This document shows, one piece after another, positions 26,933 through 34,182 of a stretch of DNA of 34,302 bases. Numbering within the stretch: the stretch's first letter is position 1; each line of letters starts with the position of its first letter. The stretch is from a virus (lineage: Duplodnaviria; Caudoviricetes): positions 1 through 34,302 of the IMG/VR virus record IMGVR_UViG_3300012347_000071. The stretch is one strand, 5' to 3'. The notes below the pieces were generated by a model. The model made no database searches and had not been told where the DNA came from. It saw nothing but the letters and a program-made list of their open reading frames with translations. Made by a program: the position numbers and the translations under genes.

Positions 26933-27144
26933 GTCTGGCCCCTTATTTGATAAACGACAGGGTTTCTGTCTGCTGCACAATTTGATATCCCATGCGTTCT
27001 ATGATCTGCAGGGCCTGGTGAGTCAGCGTTTTTGTGCCAGCTATACGGGCGAAATTATGGGAAACATCGCAGGCAGGGTATGCTGTCAGAACACCATAAT
27101 TGTTTTTGATTTGGATGGTTATTTGCATGTCTGGCCCCTTATTT
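26930..27144 (-). repeat. 19-bp direct repeat at two gene junctions (26930-26948, 27126-27144)
   Basis: AAATAAGGGGCCAGACATG = stop + SD + start, identical twice. Confidence 0.9.
26943..27128 (-). CDS. Small early hypothetical protein (61 aa)
   Basis: YG..YPAC..FARIAGTKTLT; AAGGGG SD. Confidence 0.8.
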   Translation of the reverse strand: MQITIQIKNNYGVLTAYPACDVSHNFARIAGTKTLTHQALQIIERMGYQIVQQTETLSFIK

Positions 27145-27231
27145 CACCAGGACATCAAAATAAGCCAGCAGCAGCATTACTGCCACCACGAACCAGACCA
27201 GGGTAAACGTCACATTAAATATTTTCTGCAT
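27139..27231 (-). CDS. 30-aa single-TM peptide, first gene of early operon
   Basis: GAGGT SD; MQKIFNVTFTLVWFVVAVMLLLAYFDVLVK. Confidence 0.7.
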   Translation of the reverse strand: MQKIFNVTFTLVWFVVAVMLLLAYFDVLVK

Positions 27232-27294
27232 TTTCAGACCTCATAAGTAGATGGTTTTTTGAAAATCAGCAGCTGATCTGCTACTGATGCACGA

Positions 27295-27338
27295 ATAGTA
27301 ATGTACTTTTCTGCACTATGTAATAGGTGTTTACCCTA
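27295..27338 (-). promoter_or_regulatory. Early promoter candidate with upstream dyad
   Basis: TAGGGTAAACACCTA dyad abutting TTACAT-N17-TACTAT. Confidence 0.5.
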
Positions 27339-27500
27339 GGTTATCAAAATAATTGCATGCAGCAGCTGAAAATCAGATAACAGGTGCAGAGATGCCAGGC
27401 ATCCACCCGATAAACTTTTTACCTAGTAAATAAACCATCTCTCAAATAGGGTTATCGGGTTTCGCTTCTAGTGCGCGTGATGCGCTACTGTCTTCAGTGT

Positions 27501-27559
27501 GCTTAATTTTTAAGCAATCGACCACTGTGAATTTCGCCAGTGCTGCCTGTTTTTTAAGC
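27501..27559. promoter_or_regulatory. Two Fis-consensus-like sites
   Basis: GCTTAATTTTTAAGC (27501-27515) and GCCTGTTTTTTAAGC (27545-27559). Confidence 0.45.
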
Positions 27560-27674
27560 AGATGAGGGAATCGGCTTGCACTACACGTCGGGCGCTACGA
27601 AATTTCTGGCTGAATCCTATCGCCAGCGGAATGCAGAATTTTTCCTGGCATTCCAAAGTAATTTCCCATGTATG

Positions 27675-27956
27675 TCAGTTGAAGTCTGAAAACACAGGCA
27701 AAGAATCGTTGTCATCCTGAATGACACGCATGTATCTACGCACTCTCTCAGGCGCATTGGCCCCATAGAACTTCTCTGTACGTGCCAAGACATCACGAAG
27801 CCATTGCCTGCGCTCTGGTGTGTCTTCCTTGCTGTGCCAGGTGCAGAGTAGCTCACGGGCGTGAGCCATCTCCAGCATTCTTTGTCCGTGTGCCATGTTC
27901 TCTATTTGCAGTTTGGTGTATGGCTTGCGCTTGTACGCATTCCATTTGCTTTTCAT
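27675..27956 (-). CDS. Hypothetical basic protein
   Basis: 93 aa, coupled start, last gene of the RHH operon. Confidence 0.7.
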   Translation of the reverse strand: MKSKWNAYKRKPYTKLQIENMAHGQRMLEMAHARELLCTWHSKEDTPERRQWLRDVLARTEKFYGANAPERVRRYMRVIQDDNDSLPVFSDFN

Positions 27957-28051
27957 TTGTCAATCCAGATAGCTACAAAGAAAGTCAGCACAGCAAATGT
28001 AACGACCACGCCAGACACTATAAGTAGGATGAGTAAGGTAAGGCTTTCCAT
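27953..28051 (-). CDS. 32-aa single-TM peptide
   Basis: MESLTLLILLIVSGVVVTFAVLTFFVAIWIDK; TAATG and ATGA coupling. Confidence 0.6.
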   Translation of the reverse strand: MESLTLLILLIVSGVVVTFAVLTFFVAIWIDK

Positions 28052-28356
28052 TATTGAATCTTATACATGGCCTCACGCCAACGTACACCCTGCAAAAAAG
28101 CCATGCGTTTCTCACGCTCAAAGTCATCGTCTTCCAGTACGTCATCAATGAAGTCGTCATTGATTGGAAGCATCTGCTCCATCAGCCTGTCTAGCTGCCA
28201 CTGCAAAAACATCCTAGCCTTGTGTTCTTTCTCCAGCAAAGCCTTCCATTGTGTGACTTCATCAAGCTCATCTGGTGAGCCTGGCTGTTCAGCATCCAAG
28301 ATAACTGGCTCAAGTTCCAGTTCGTCAAATGCTTTAGTCAATGCTTCTTTGTTCAT
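28051..28356 (-). CDS. Hypothetical acidic protein
   Basis: 101 aa coupled ORF. Confidence 0.7.
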   Translation of the reverse strand: MNKEALTKAFDELELEPVILDAEQPGSPDELDEVTQWKALLEKEHKARMFLQWQLDRLMEQMLPINDDFIDDVLEDDDFEREKRMAFLQGVRWREAMYKIQ

Positions 28357-28559
28357 AAATCAAACATCCATGTTCGTTGTCCATTCTCACGCAAGATGCG
28401 TAGTCTCAGAGCAAAGCCCCAAGCCAGCGCCCATATAACCCACAAGATTCTATGTTCCATAGTCCAGTTGGCAGGGTTGCTGTCCCAATTCACAAACCCA
28501 ATCAACACGTAGATTACAGCCAGCATGATTGGATATGCAATGTGGTCAATGTATTTCAT
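28353..28559 (-). CDS. Small two-TM membrane protein
   Basis: FVNWDSNPANW between two hydrophobic segments. Confidence 0.7.
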   Translation of the reverse strand: MKYIDHIAYPIMLAVIYVLIGFVNWDSNPANWTMEHRILWVIWALAWGFALRLRILRENGQRTWMFDL

Positions 28560-28750
28560 AGTCTTATCCCATTCTTTTCAAGAAACGATTTGATGATTTC
28601 ACGTGCAGCATCCATTCGATGCTGGTTTGGAGCCATGTTGTAGTCTTTAAGAATCTCTGTGATCTCTTGGTCTGTCAGGTCAACTAGCTTTTTCTTTTCT
28701 TTATACCCAACCTCTCGGTATGGGACTGTTATACCAACAGGCTTTCTCAT
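28556..28750 (-). CDS. Hypothetical protein
   Basis: LTDQEI..AREI..LEKNG pattern. Confidence 0.7.
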   Translation of the reverse strand: MRKPVGITVPYREVGYKEKKKLVDLTDQEITEILKDYNMAPNQHRMDAAREIIKSFLEKNGIRL

Positions 28751-28781
28751 TTTTTACCACCACCACGTTTGCGCCAGCCAC

Positions 28782-29168
28782 TCATGTGTTCATTTCCTTA
28801 ATTAAATCGGAACACAGTTGTCTTGCTGCATCATTTCCATAATGAACAGAGATAACAACCGTATCGCCCTCCACTCGGACACCTCGCATTAGCCCTACCC
28901 ACGGCTTCTGTGCTGGTTGTGACTCTTTAAACAAAGGCACGTCAACATTGAACGGAATACTCTTGATGTCAAAGTTGTCGTGAGGCTCAAGGCGGTACTC
29001 GTTGTACTCATTGCGATGGATGCACGCCACAGGCTCACCCTTCTCTTGCTTGGCTTCTGCTCTATGTGCGCGACCTTGCCAATAATGAACATCACACAAT
29101 CCACCTTGGTCAATGTCTTCTTTGTATAGATTGAAAGCGTAGCTTCCACATTTAATGCACGTGTTCAT
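28782..29168 (-). CDS. Hypothetical protein with N-terminal Zn-finger-like CxxC..CxxH
   Basis: CIKCGS..LCDVHYW; EPVA and KPWVGL segments. Confidence 0.7.
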   Translation of the reverse strand: MNTCIKCGSYAFNLYKEDIDQGGLCDVHYWQGRAHRAEAKQEKGEPVACIHRNEYNEYRLEPHDNFDIKSIPFNVDVPLFKESQPAQKPWVGLMRGVRVEGDTVVISVHYGNDAARQLCSDLIKEMNT

Positions 29169-29269
29169 AGTGGACTTTCAGGTAATTGTTGACGTTGTTG
29201 TTGCGCGTATTCTTTGATCTGCTTGGTAGTCCAAGGTGTAGGTGGGCAGGTAGGGAAAGGCCAATTCAT
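29165..29269 (-). CDS. 34-aa WPFP-motif peptide
   Basis: GGAGGA SD; MNWPFPTCPPTPWTTKQIKEYAQQQRQQLPESPL; ATGA coupling. Confidence 0.65.
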   Translation of the reverse strand: MNWPFPTCPPTPWTTKQIKEYAQQQRQQLPESPL

Positions 29270-29309
29270 AAGTCCTCCAAAAATAGCCAATCAATAAAGC
29301 AACAGACGA

Positions 29310-29792
29310 TTACTGCGGTAAGCATTCTTCAGCCTTAATCATCTTTGCTCGTTTCAATCTGATCTCACGGTCAACAATCCTGAGTGCATCCTCAAGCTGC
29401 TTGACTGTGCATTCGTCTAGCTGTGCATCATGCACATCCATGCCAAGGTTTACAGTCTGCATCTCTGGTCCAGTGAACAAGAACTTGTCACCGTTCTTTA
29501 GACCACGCTTACCCATGTTGTAGATTGCCTCTTGTGCAGCGTTAATCTCTGGCCTCCAATCAGCGCCATGCTTGAGCATTGCCAATGCCTCTGCCACATT
29601 CATAGCTGCAATCACAATGTCAATGTCGTCGCGCTTGCCACGACCCTGCGTAATGTTTGCCAGCGCATCATGGTTCTTAATCTTCAGCGCCAGCCCTGCA
29701 TGTGCAACCTGAGATACAGGCTTCATACCTGACATCACCCATGCCATCGTGTCCAGGCGAACGCCCTTTGGTTTGTACTTTTTGCGAGTCAT
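29310..29792 (-). CDS. Hypothetical helical protein (160 aa)
   Basis: ATG 29792 coupled to upstream stop; MTRKKYKPKGVRLD. Confidence 0.75.
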   Translation of the reverse strand: MTRKKYKPKGVRLDTMAWVMSGMKPVSQVAHAGLALKIKNHDALANITQGRGKRDDIDIVIAAMNVAEALAMLKHGADWRPEINAAQEAIYNMGKRGLKNGDKFLFTGPEMQTVNLGMDVHDAQLDECTVKQLEDALRIVDREIRLKRAKMIKAEECLPQ

Positions 29793-30289
29793 CGCATCAG
29801 CCCTGCAAACGGTGAGTTGTAGCGAATCCAAGACTTGCCAGCACGAATGCGACAGATCAGACTCTTGTCCACCCCATACTTGGCAGCAACTTGTCGGCTT
29901 GGTTCACTTGACAGACGAATCTCGTCAGCCTTTTCCCATGTCAACTTGCCTACTGTGCGCTGCTTGTATGCCTGAATCTTTATCTTGCGCGTAAGACTTC
30001 CACCAGCATTCTTTCCCATGTGTTGAGTGAACTGTTTGGGTGAAAGCAATTTGCTGTGGTCAGGGTTGACGCATACAGAATTGCCACACTTTGGCAATAC
30101 AAACCAACCCTTCTTTACAGGGTTGCCAAGCAAGTCTCTGAACAATCGACGAACAGAGATCATCTTTCCATCGTGACATACAGAAGGAACCTTGTTGCCA
30201 AGATAACCTGTCCAGTTCCAGCAGTCACCTTCTTCAATTGTTCTTGCCTTCAGTGTTTCAACTGTGTATTTTTTTGTGCCTTGTGTCAT
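29789..30289 (-). CDS. HNH (His-Me finger)-like protein with C-terminal HTH
   Basis: CWNWTG..CGNSVCVNPDH; KLTWEKADEIR..VAAKYGVDKSLICRIR. Confidence 0.75.
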   Translation of the reverse strand: MTQGTKKYTVETLKARTIEEGDCWNWTGYLGNKVPSVCHDGKMISVRRLFRDLLGNPVKKGWFVLPKCGNSVCVNPDHSKLLSPKQFTQHMGKNAGGSLTRKIKIQAYKQRTVGKLTWEKADEIRLSSEPSRQVAAKYGVDKSLICRIRAGKSWIRYNSPFAGLMR

Positions 30290-30714
30290 TCGATTTCTTC
30301 TTGTATTAAAACTTCAATTCTTGGTGTGTCGCTGTATGCTTTCTTCACGTGAGCAGTCACGATCTGACAGTCATCAACGTACACAATTCCATTCAGCGCA
30401 TCGGTCACAGCCTTTGCGATATTGTCCCAATCAGGTTTCTTGATTGGTTTCTCTGTGCCATCCAGACAGTCCTGTCGCAGCTTCTTTGAGTACGACTTAG
30501 GGATTGGCATGTGGATGTAGAGATAGAAGGCTACAGGCGTTTCTAGTGGCTCTGAAGAACCCATCGCATCGCTTGCAGCATCCATAACCAAGGCTTCATA
30601 GTCTTTGGTTTTCTGTGGTGTGTACGTCTGGACAAACTTCCCACGCTTTGCAAACCTTGGTCTGCCCTTGGCTACTGGGTCGCCATCCACCGTAAACGTC
30701 ACTGCAAATGTCAT
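30286..30714 (-). CDS. rusA: RusA-family Holliday junction resolvase
   Basis: PVAKGRPRF, KPDWDNIAKAVTDALNGIVYVDDCQIV. Confidence 0.93.
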   Translation of the reverse strand: MTFAVTFTVDGDPVAKGRPRFAKRGKFVQTYTPQKTKDYEALVMDAASDAMGSSEPLETPVAFYLYIHMPIPKSYSKKLRQDCLDGTEKPIKKPDWDNIAKAVTDALNGIVYVDDCQIVTAHVKKAYSDTPRIEVLIQEEIE

Positions 30715-30817
30715 CCATATCCCCTGTTAAAACTAAAGCCTGGTTGATTAGTGTCAGCGGTGCATCTCTGCCACCTTTGAGTTCATCAAGCAGTCGCTTT
30801 GCCTGAAAGTAATTCAC
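30596..30817 (-). CDS. Small hypothetical protein
   Basis: GTG coupled to upstream TGA; NYFQAKRLLD..INQALVLTGD; 3' end overlaps rusA. Confidence 0.5.
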   Translation of the reverse strand: MNYFQAKRLLDELKGGRDAPLTLINQALVLTGDMDDICSDVYGGWRPSSQGQTKVCKAWEVCPDVHTTENQRL

Positions 30818-30975
30818 TTGGTTAGCACGTATGACATCACCGTCAAGAAGAACAACCATGCTGGTATGGTCCACACAGACATAGGTTTCTTGTGCTTCTC
30901 AAACCATTCAGAATAGTCTTGAGGGAAAGCTTCTTGCAAAGTTCTTGGATATTTGCGAACAGTGTTGTTAAGCAT
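30814..30975 (-). CDS. 53-aa protein with C-terminal TM
   Basis: MLNNTVRKYPRTLQEAFPQD..WTIPAWLFFLTVMSYVLTK; AAGG SD. Confidence 0.65.
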   Translation of the reverse strand: MLNNTVRKYPRTLQEAFPQDYSEWFEKHKKPMSVWTIPAWLFFLTVMSYVLTK

Positions 30976-31159
30976 TTGGACCTTTCAGCAGTTGACTCAA
31001 GCGCTCGTCTGTACTTCCGTACTGGCGCTGAAGCGTGTCAATAATCATCGTATCTATGAGGCTTGCTTGCGATCTGCGTTGTGACTTTGCAGCCTTCAAC
31101 AACAGAGCTTTGGACTCAGGTCGGATACGAACCATGATGGGTACTAGGTGTGTTTTCAT
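30968..31159 (-). CDS. Ribbon-helix-helix (Arc-like) regulator
   Basis: beta strand PIMVRI, helix ESKALLLKAAK, RRSQASLIDTMI; first gene at the divergent control region. Confidence 0.8.
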   Translation of the reverse strand: MKTHLVPIMVRIRPESKALLLKAAKSQRRSQASLIDTMIIDTLQRQYGSTDERLSQLLKGPNA

Positions 31160-31168
31160 GCCTGCATT

Positions 31169-31189
31169 ATGCTATCACTTTGAAAGCAT
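31169..31189. promoter_or_regulatory. 21-bp palindromic operator, copy 3
   Basis: ATGCTATCACTTTGAAAGCAT in the spacer/-10 of the RHH promoter. Confidence 0.75.
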
Positions 31190-31250
31190 TTGCATCTGTG
31201 TTGAAAAAATACAACGAATAAAAATAAATATCTCCCTGCTGTGGAGCCTA

Positions 31251-31278
31251 TGCTATGATGATTGCACTGTGAAAGCAT
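31251..31278 (+). promoter_or_regulatory. Extended -10 promoter plus operator copy 4
   Basis: TG-C-TATGAT (31251-31259) overlapping ATGATTGCACTGTGAAAGCAT (31258-31278). Confidence 0.65.
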
Positions 31279-31318
31279 CTCACAGCAACATCAACCTACC
31301 AACTATGGAGAGATGACT

Positions 31319-31630
31319 ATGAAATTCGGTACTTTTTGGCAAACCCTAGTCCGACGAAACGCCCCCGTAACCAGTGTTGAAGCAGCAGCTTCATTAGATA
31401 GCGCCAGCATGGAGCAGCGTGTCTATGAAGTCATTGCCACATTTGAGAACGGGTGCATCCAAGACGAAGTGCTTGACCAACTCAGCCAATATCCATACTC
31501 AAGTGTGACAGCAAGGTTCAGCAAACTGCTCAAGAGAGGTTACATCGTGGACACAGGACTTACTAAACCAGGTAAGTCAGGTCGTCAACAACGTGTACTA
31601 AAAATCAATGAAAACAGTTCTCGCTCCTAA
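31319..31630 (+). CDS. Winged-helix DNA-binding protein
   Basis: GGAG SD; TSVEAA..YSSVTARFSKLLKRGYIVDTG..SGRQQRV. Confidence 0.75.
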   Translation: MKFGTFWQTLVRRNAPVTSVEAAASLDSASMEQRVYEVIATFENGCIQDEVLDQLSQYPYSSVTARFSKLLKRGYIVDTGLTKPGKSGRQQRVLKINENSSRS

Positions 31631-31778
31631 TGCGCCTTGGCCTGTGCAGGTCGAAGCAAAGCAGCCAAAGATACGTGTACGCAAGCAACGAGCCAACAAA
31701 AGTAAGACAGATCAAAACTTTGAACGCTGGTTAAGCGGCATTTCGCCAATCAAAACTAAAGGAAATAACAATGCCTAA
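31608..31778 (+). CDS. Small basic hypothetical protein (56 aa)
   Basis: MKTVLAPNAPWP...; fills the gap between wHTH and exonuclease. Confidence 0.55.
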   Translation: MKTVLAPNAPWPVQVEAKQPKIRVRKQRANKSKTDQNFERWLSGISPIKTKGNNNA

Positions 31779-32724
31779 ACTCACCTCGGACACGATGCTG
31801 TCCTGTTCTCAACTGCCCTCCATCATGGGCCACTCCAAGTGGGCATCGCCAAACGATACGTTGTCGTTCTGCATGAAGTCCATTCAAGGTGAAGATGCCC
31901 GTACACCAGCAGGTGAAGCTGCTGATTGGGGCAATGCACTGGAGGAATCTATCCTCAAAGAGATGGCAAAGCGCCTTGGCTTGGAGTCTTACGAGATGCC
32001 AGAAGAAGCCTTCAACCATCCAACACTGCCACTTGCTGCCAGTGCAGATGCTATTGCGCCAGCACCATTGGAAGGTTTGACAATCAAGAACGACCCAAGC
32101 AAGGGTATCTATGTCGTCGGTGCAGATGAGATTGTTCTCACTGGCAAAGGTGTACTTGAATCAAAGCTTACAAGGATGGGTCCAGAAGACACGCTGCCGC
32201 TGTATCGTGGTCCTATCCAAGTGCAGGGTGTGATGATGTGTACTGGCCTGCGTTGGGCAGCTATTGGTTGTCTGTATTCAGGCGTTGAACTGCGTATCTA
32301 TTTGTTCTCGCCTCATCAAGCAACGATGGATGCCATTGCTATTGCAGCAGATGACTTTGAATCTCGCCTTGAGAACTTCCGCGAGACAGGTGAGCCAGCA
32401 TGGTATCCACCACAAGACAGCAAAGATGCAGACCGTGTATGGCCCAATGCAAAGGATGAAGACATCGACTTGGGTGATGAAGTTGAGGGTGTTGCCAGTG
32501 CAATCGTTGGCCTGAAGCATCAGATCAAAGAGATGGAAGAACAGATTGCAGAGAAAGAGGTCAAGCTCAAGACCATGATGCAAGAGTTCAGCAGTGCCAA
32601 GTGTGGCAAGTGGTCAATCAAATGGCCCATGCGTCACTTTAAAGCACAGCCAGAAAAGGTTACGCCAGCCAAGGAACCCTACTCAATTCGTCAATCAACA
32701 CTCACCATCAAGGAAGCCAAATGA
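31771..32724 (+). CDS. YqaJ-like (lambda-exonuclease family) recombination nuclease
   Basis: WGNALE, AASADA, LESK, QVQGVM motifs; adjacent to ERF. Confidence 0.88.
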   Translation: MPKLTSDTMLSCSQLPSIMGHSKWASPNDTLSFCMKSIQGEDARTPAGEAADWGNALEESILKEMAKRLGLESYEMPEEAFNHPTLPLAASADAIAPAPLEGLTIKNDPSKGIYVVGADEIVLTGKGVLESKLTRMGPEDTLPLYRGPIQVQGVMMCTGLRWAAIGCLYSGVELRIYLFSPHQATMDAIAIAADDFESRLENFRETGEPAWYPPQDSKDADRVWPNAKDEDIDLGDEVEGVASAIVGLKHQIKEMEEQIAEKEVKLKTMMQEFSSAKCGKWSIKWPMRHFKAQPEKVTPAKEPYSIRQSTLTIKEAK

Positions 32725-33470
32725 AAGAAATCGCATCAGCCTTAGTCAAGGCACAACGTCAGTTCGGTCCAGCACTGAAGACATCTACCAACCCACACTT
32801 CCGCAGCAAGTACGCTGACCTGTCTGCATGTATCGAAGCAGTGATTGACGCACTAAATGAGAACGGTATCTTTTTGTTGCAAAAAAATCACGACTGTTCA
32901 AACGGCATTATGTGCGAAACAGTGTTTGTGCATGAGTCTGGTGAGATGCTGGAGTGTGGCATTGTTCACTTCCCTGCTGTCAAGCAAGACCCTCAAGGTT
33001 ATGCCAGTGCGCTCACATACGCTCGTCGCTACTCGTTGATGGCAGCGTGTGGCATTGCACCTGAAGATGATGATGGCAACATGGGTAGTCGCAAGCAGTT
33101 CATTGCACCCAACCCATTGGATGCTGTTAAGCCAGGTTCTATTGTTCAGGTCGAATCACCAAAGGTTTTGCAAAACATTGCCAGCAACAAGCAAGTGTTT
33201 ACATTGACCATACCTGGCAAAGAGCCACGCATCTATGAGACATCGGACACCTACATGAAAGGCACGATTGAGTTGCGTGACAAGGTAGAAAAGTCAGCGA
33301 TGGCAGCACGTACCAAGATGACTAAGCTGCGTGAACTGCGTGAAGCCAATGATGCACAGATCGACAAGATTGATGTGCAACATAAGGCCAACTTGGTAGC
33401 AGACTACAACCTGCGCCTCAAGCGTTTGGGCGCATCACTCAATGAAGGAGAACAAGATGGAGAGCAGTGA
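32721..33470 (+). CDS. erf: ERF-family ssDNA annealing protein
   Basis: NPHFRSKYADL, PQGYASALTYARRYSLMAACGIAPEDDDG. Confidence 0.93.
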   Translation: MKEIASALVKAQRQFGPALKTSTNPHFRSKYADLSACIEAVIDALNENGIFLLQKNHDCSNGIMCETVFVHESGEMLECGIVHFPAVKQDPQGYASALTYARRYSLMAACGIAPEDDDGNMGSRKQFIAPNPLDAVKPGSIVQVESPKVLQNIASNKQVFTLTIPGKEPRIYETSDTYMKGTIELRDKVEKSAMAARTKMTKLRELREANDAQIDKIDVQHKANLVADYNLRLKRLGASLNEGEQDGEQ

Positions 33471-33573
33471 TTGGAAGAAGCTTGACGACGAGTATCAAGC
33501 CTACTGCAAGACTTGCCAATCCGAAGGGAAAGTCCCCGTGGACTTTCACACTTGGTTGTTAGGCGAGAGCTGA
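33457..33573 (+). CDS. 38-aa peptide with CxxC
   Basis: AAGGAG SD; MESSDWKKLDDEYQAYCKTCQSEGKVPVDFHTWLLGES. Confidence 0.55.
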   Translation: MESSDWKKLDDEYQAYCKTCQSEGKVPVDFHTWLLGES

Positions 33574-34182
33574 TATAGCTTGTTTGGTGTGGGCAATTCG
33601 GTCAGCAAGGCCGATTGTCCCGCCATTGATTTTCTTGGTCAGCAAAGCCCAAGTCATTTCACCGTTTGTATCCAATGGCAATCCTGTCTCAGCCACTTGA
33701 TTGCAGCCATGCGTAGACCAGAACCAACCTGCTGTCATGGCAGCGTACTTAGGAGTAGATACTAGGTCTGGCTCCATCACAAAGTCAACGCCTAGCGCTT
33801 TGCCAGCATGGAAGTAATTTGCATGACCAGTAAGTTGAATGCAACCACGACCCCTAAAGCGATACCCGTCACCGCTAGACTCATCACGATTACCCATGCG
33901 TGAAGCATAGACCATGTTGGCGATTTTCTTTGGATTTCCTGCATAGGAGTTTGCCACTTCCAAAGTAGGGAAACGCTTGGGCCACAGCTTCATCAGCGTA
34001 GCAGCTTTGTAGTTGAGGTTCTCTTCCAAGATACGGAAGTGTCCACACTCATGTCCACACTGACCAATGAATGCAGCCTGTTGATTTCTTGTGACAATAC
34101 CAAAGCGATCAAACACATCGTTCAATGGGTCAACCCACTCAGCACCGATGTGCAGTTTGGCTAGTTGTTCAGCGCGTACCAT
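33559..34182 (-). CDS. Endolysin, glycoside hydrolase family 19
   Basis: FIGQCGHEC, ENLNY, FRGRGCIQLTG..NY, TKKINGG. Confidence 0.93.
   Translation of the reverse strand: MVRAEQLAKLHIGAEWVDPLNDVFDRFGIVTRNQQAAFIGQCGHECGHFRILEENLNYKAATLMKLWPKRFPTLEVANSYAGNPKKIANMVYASRMGNRDESSGDGYRFRGRGCIQLTGHANYFHAGKALGVDFVMEPDLVSTPKYAAMTAGWFWSTHGCNQVAETGLPLDTNGEMTWALLTKKINGGTIGLADRIAHTKQAISALA

Noticed and set aside
25100-27420. Island as an integrated satellite or IS
   Set aside because: No integrase/transposase or att-like flanking repeats; genes are co-oriented with neighbours and CCGG avoidance is shared; foreign origin not fully excluded
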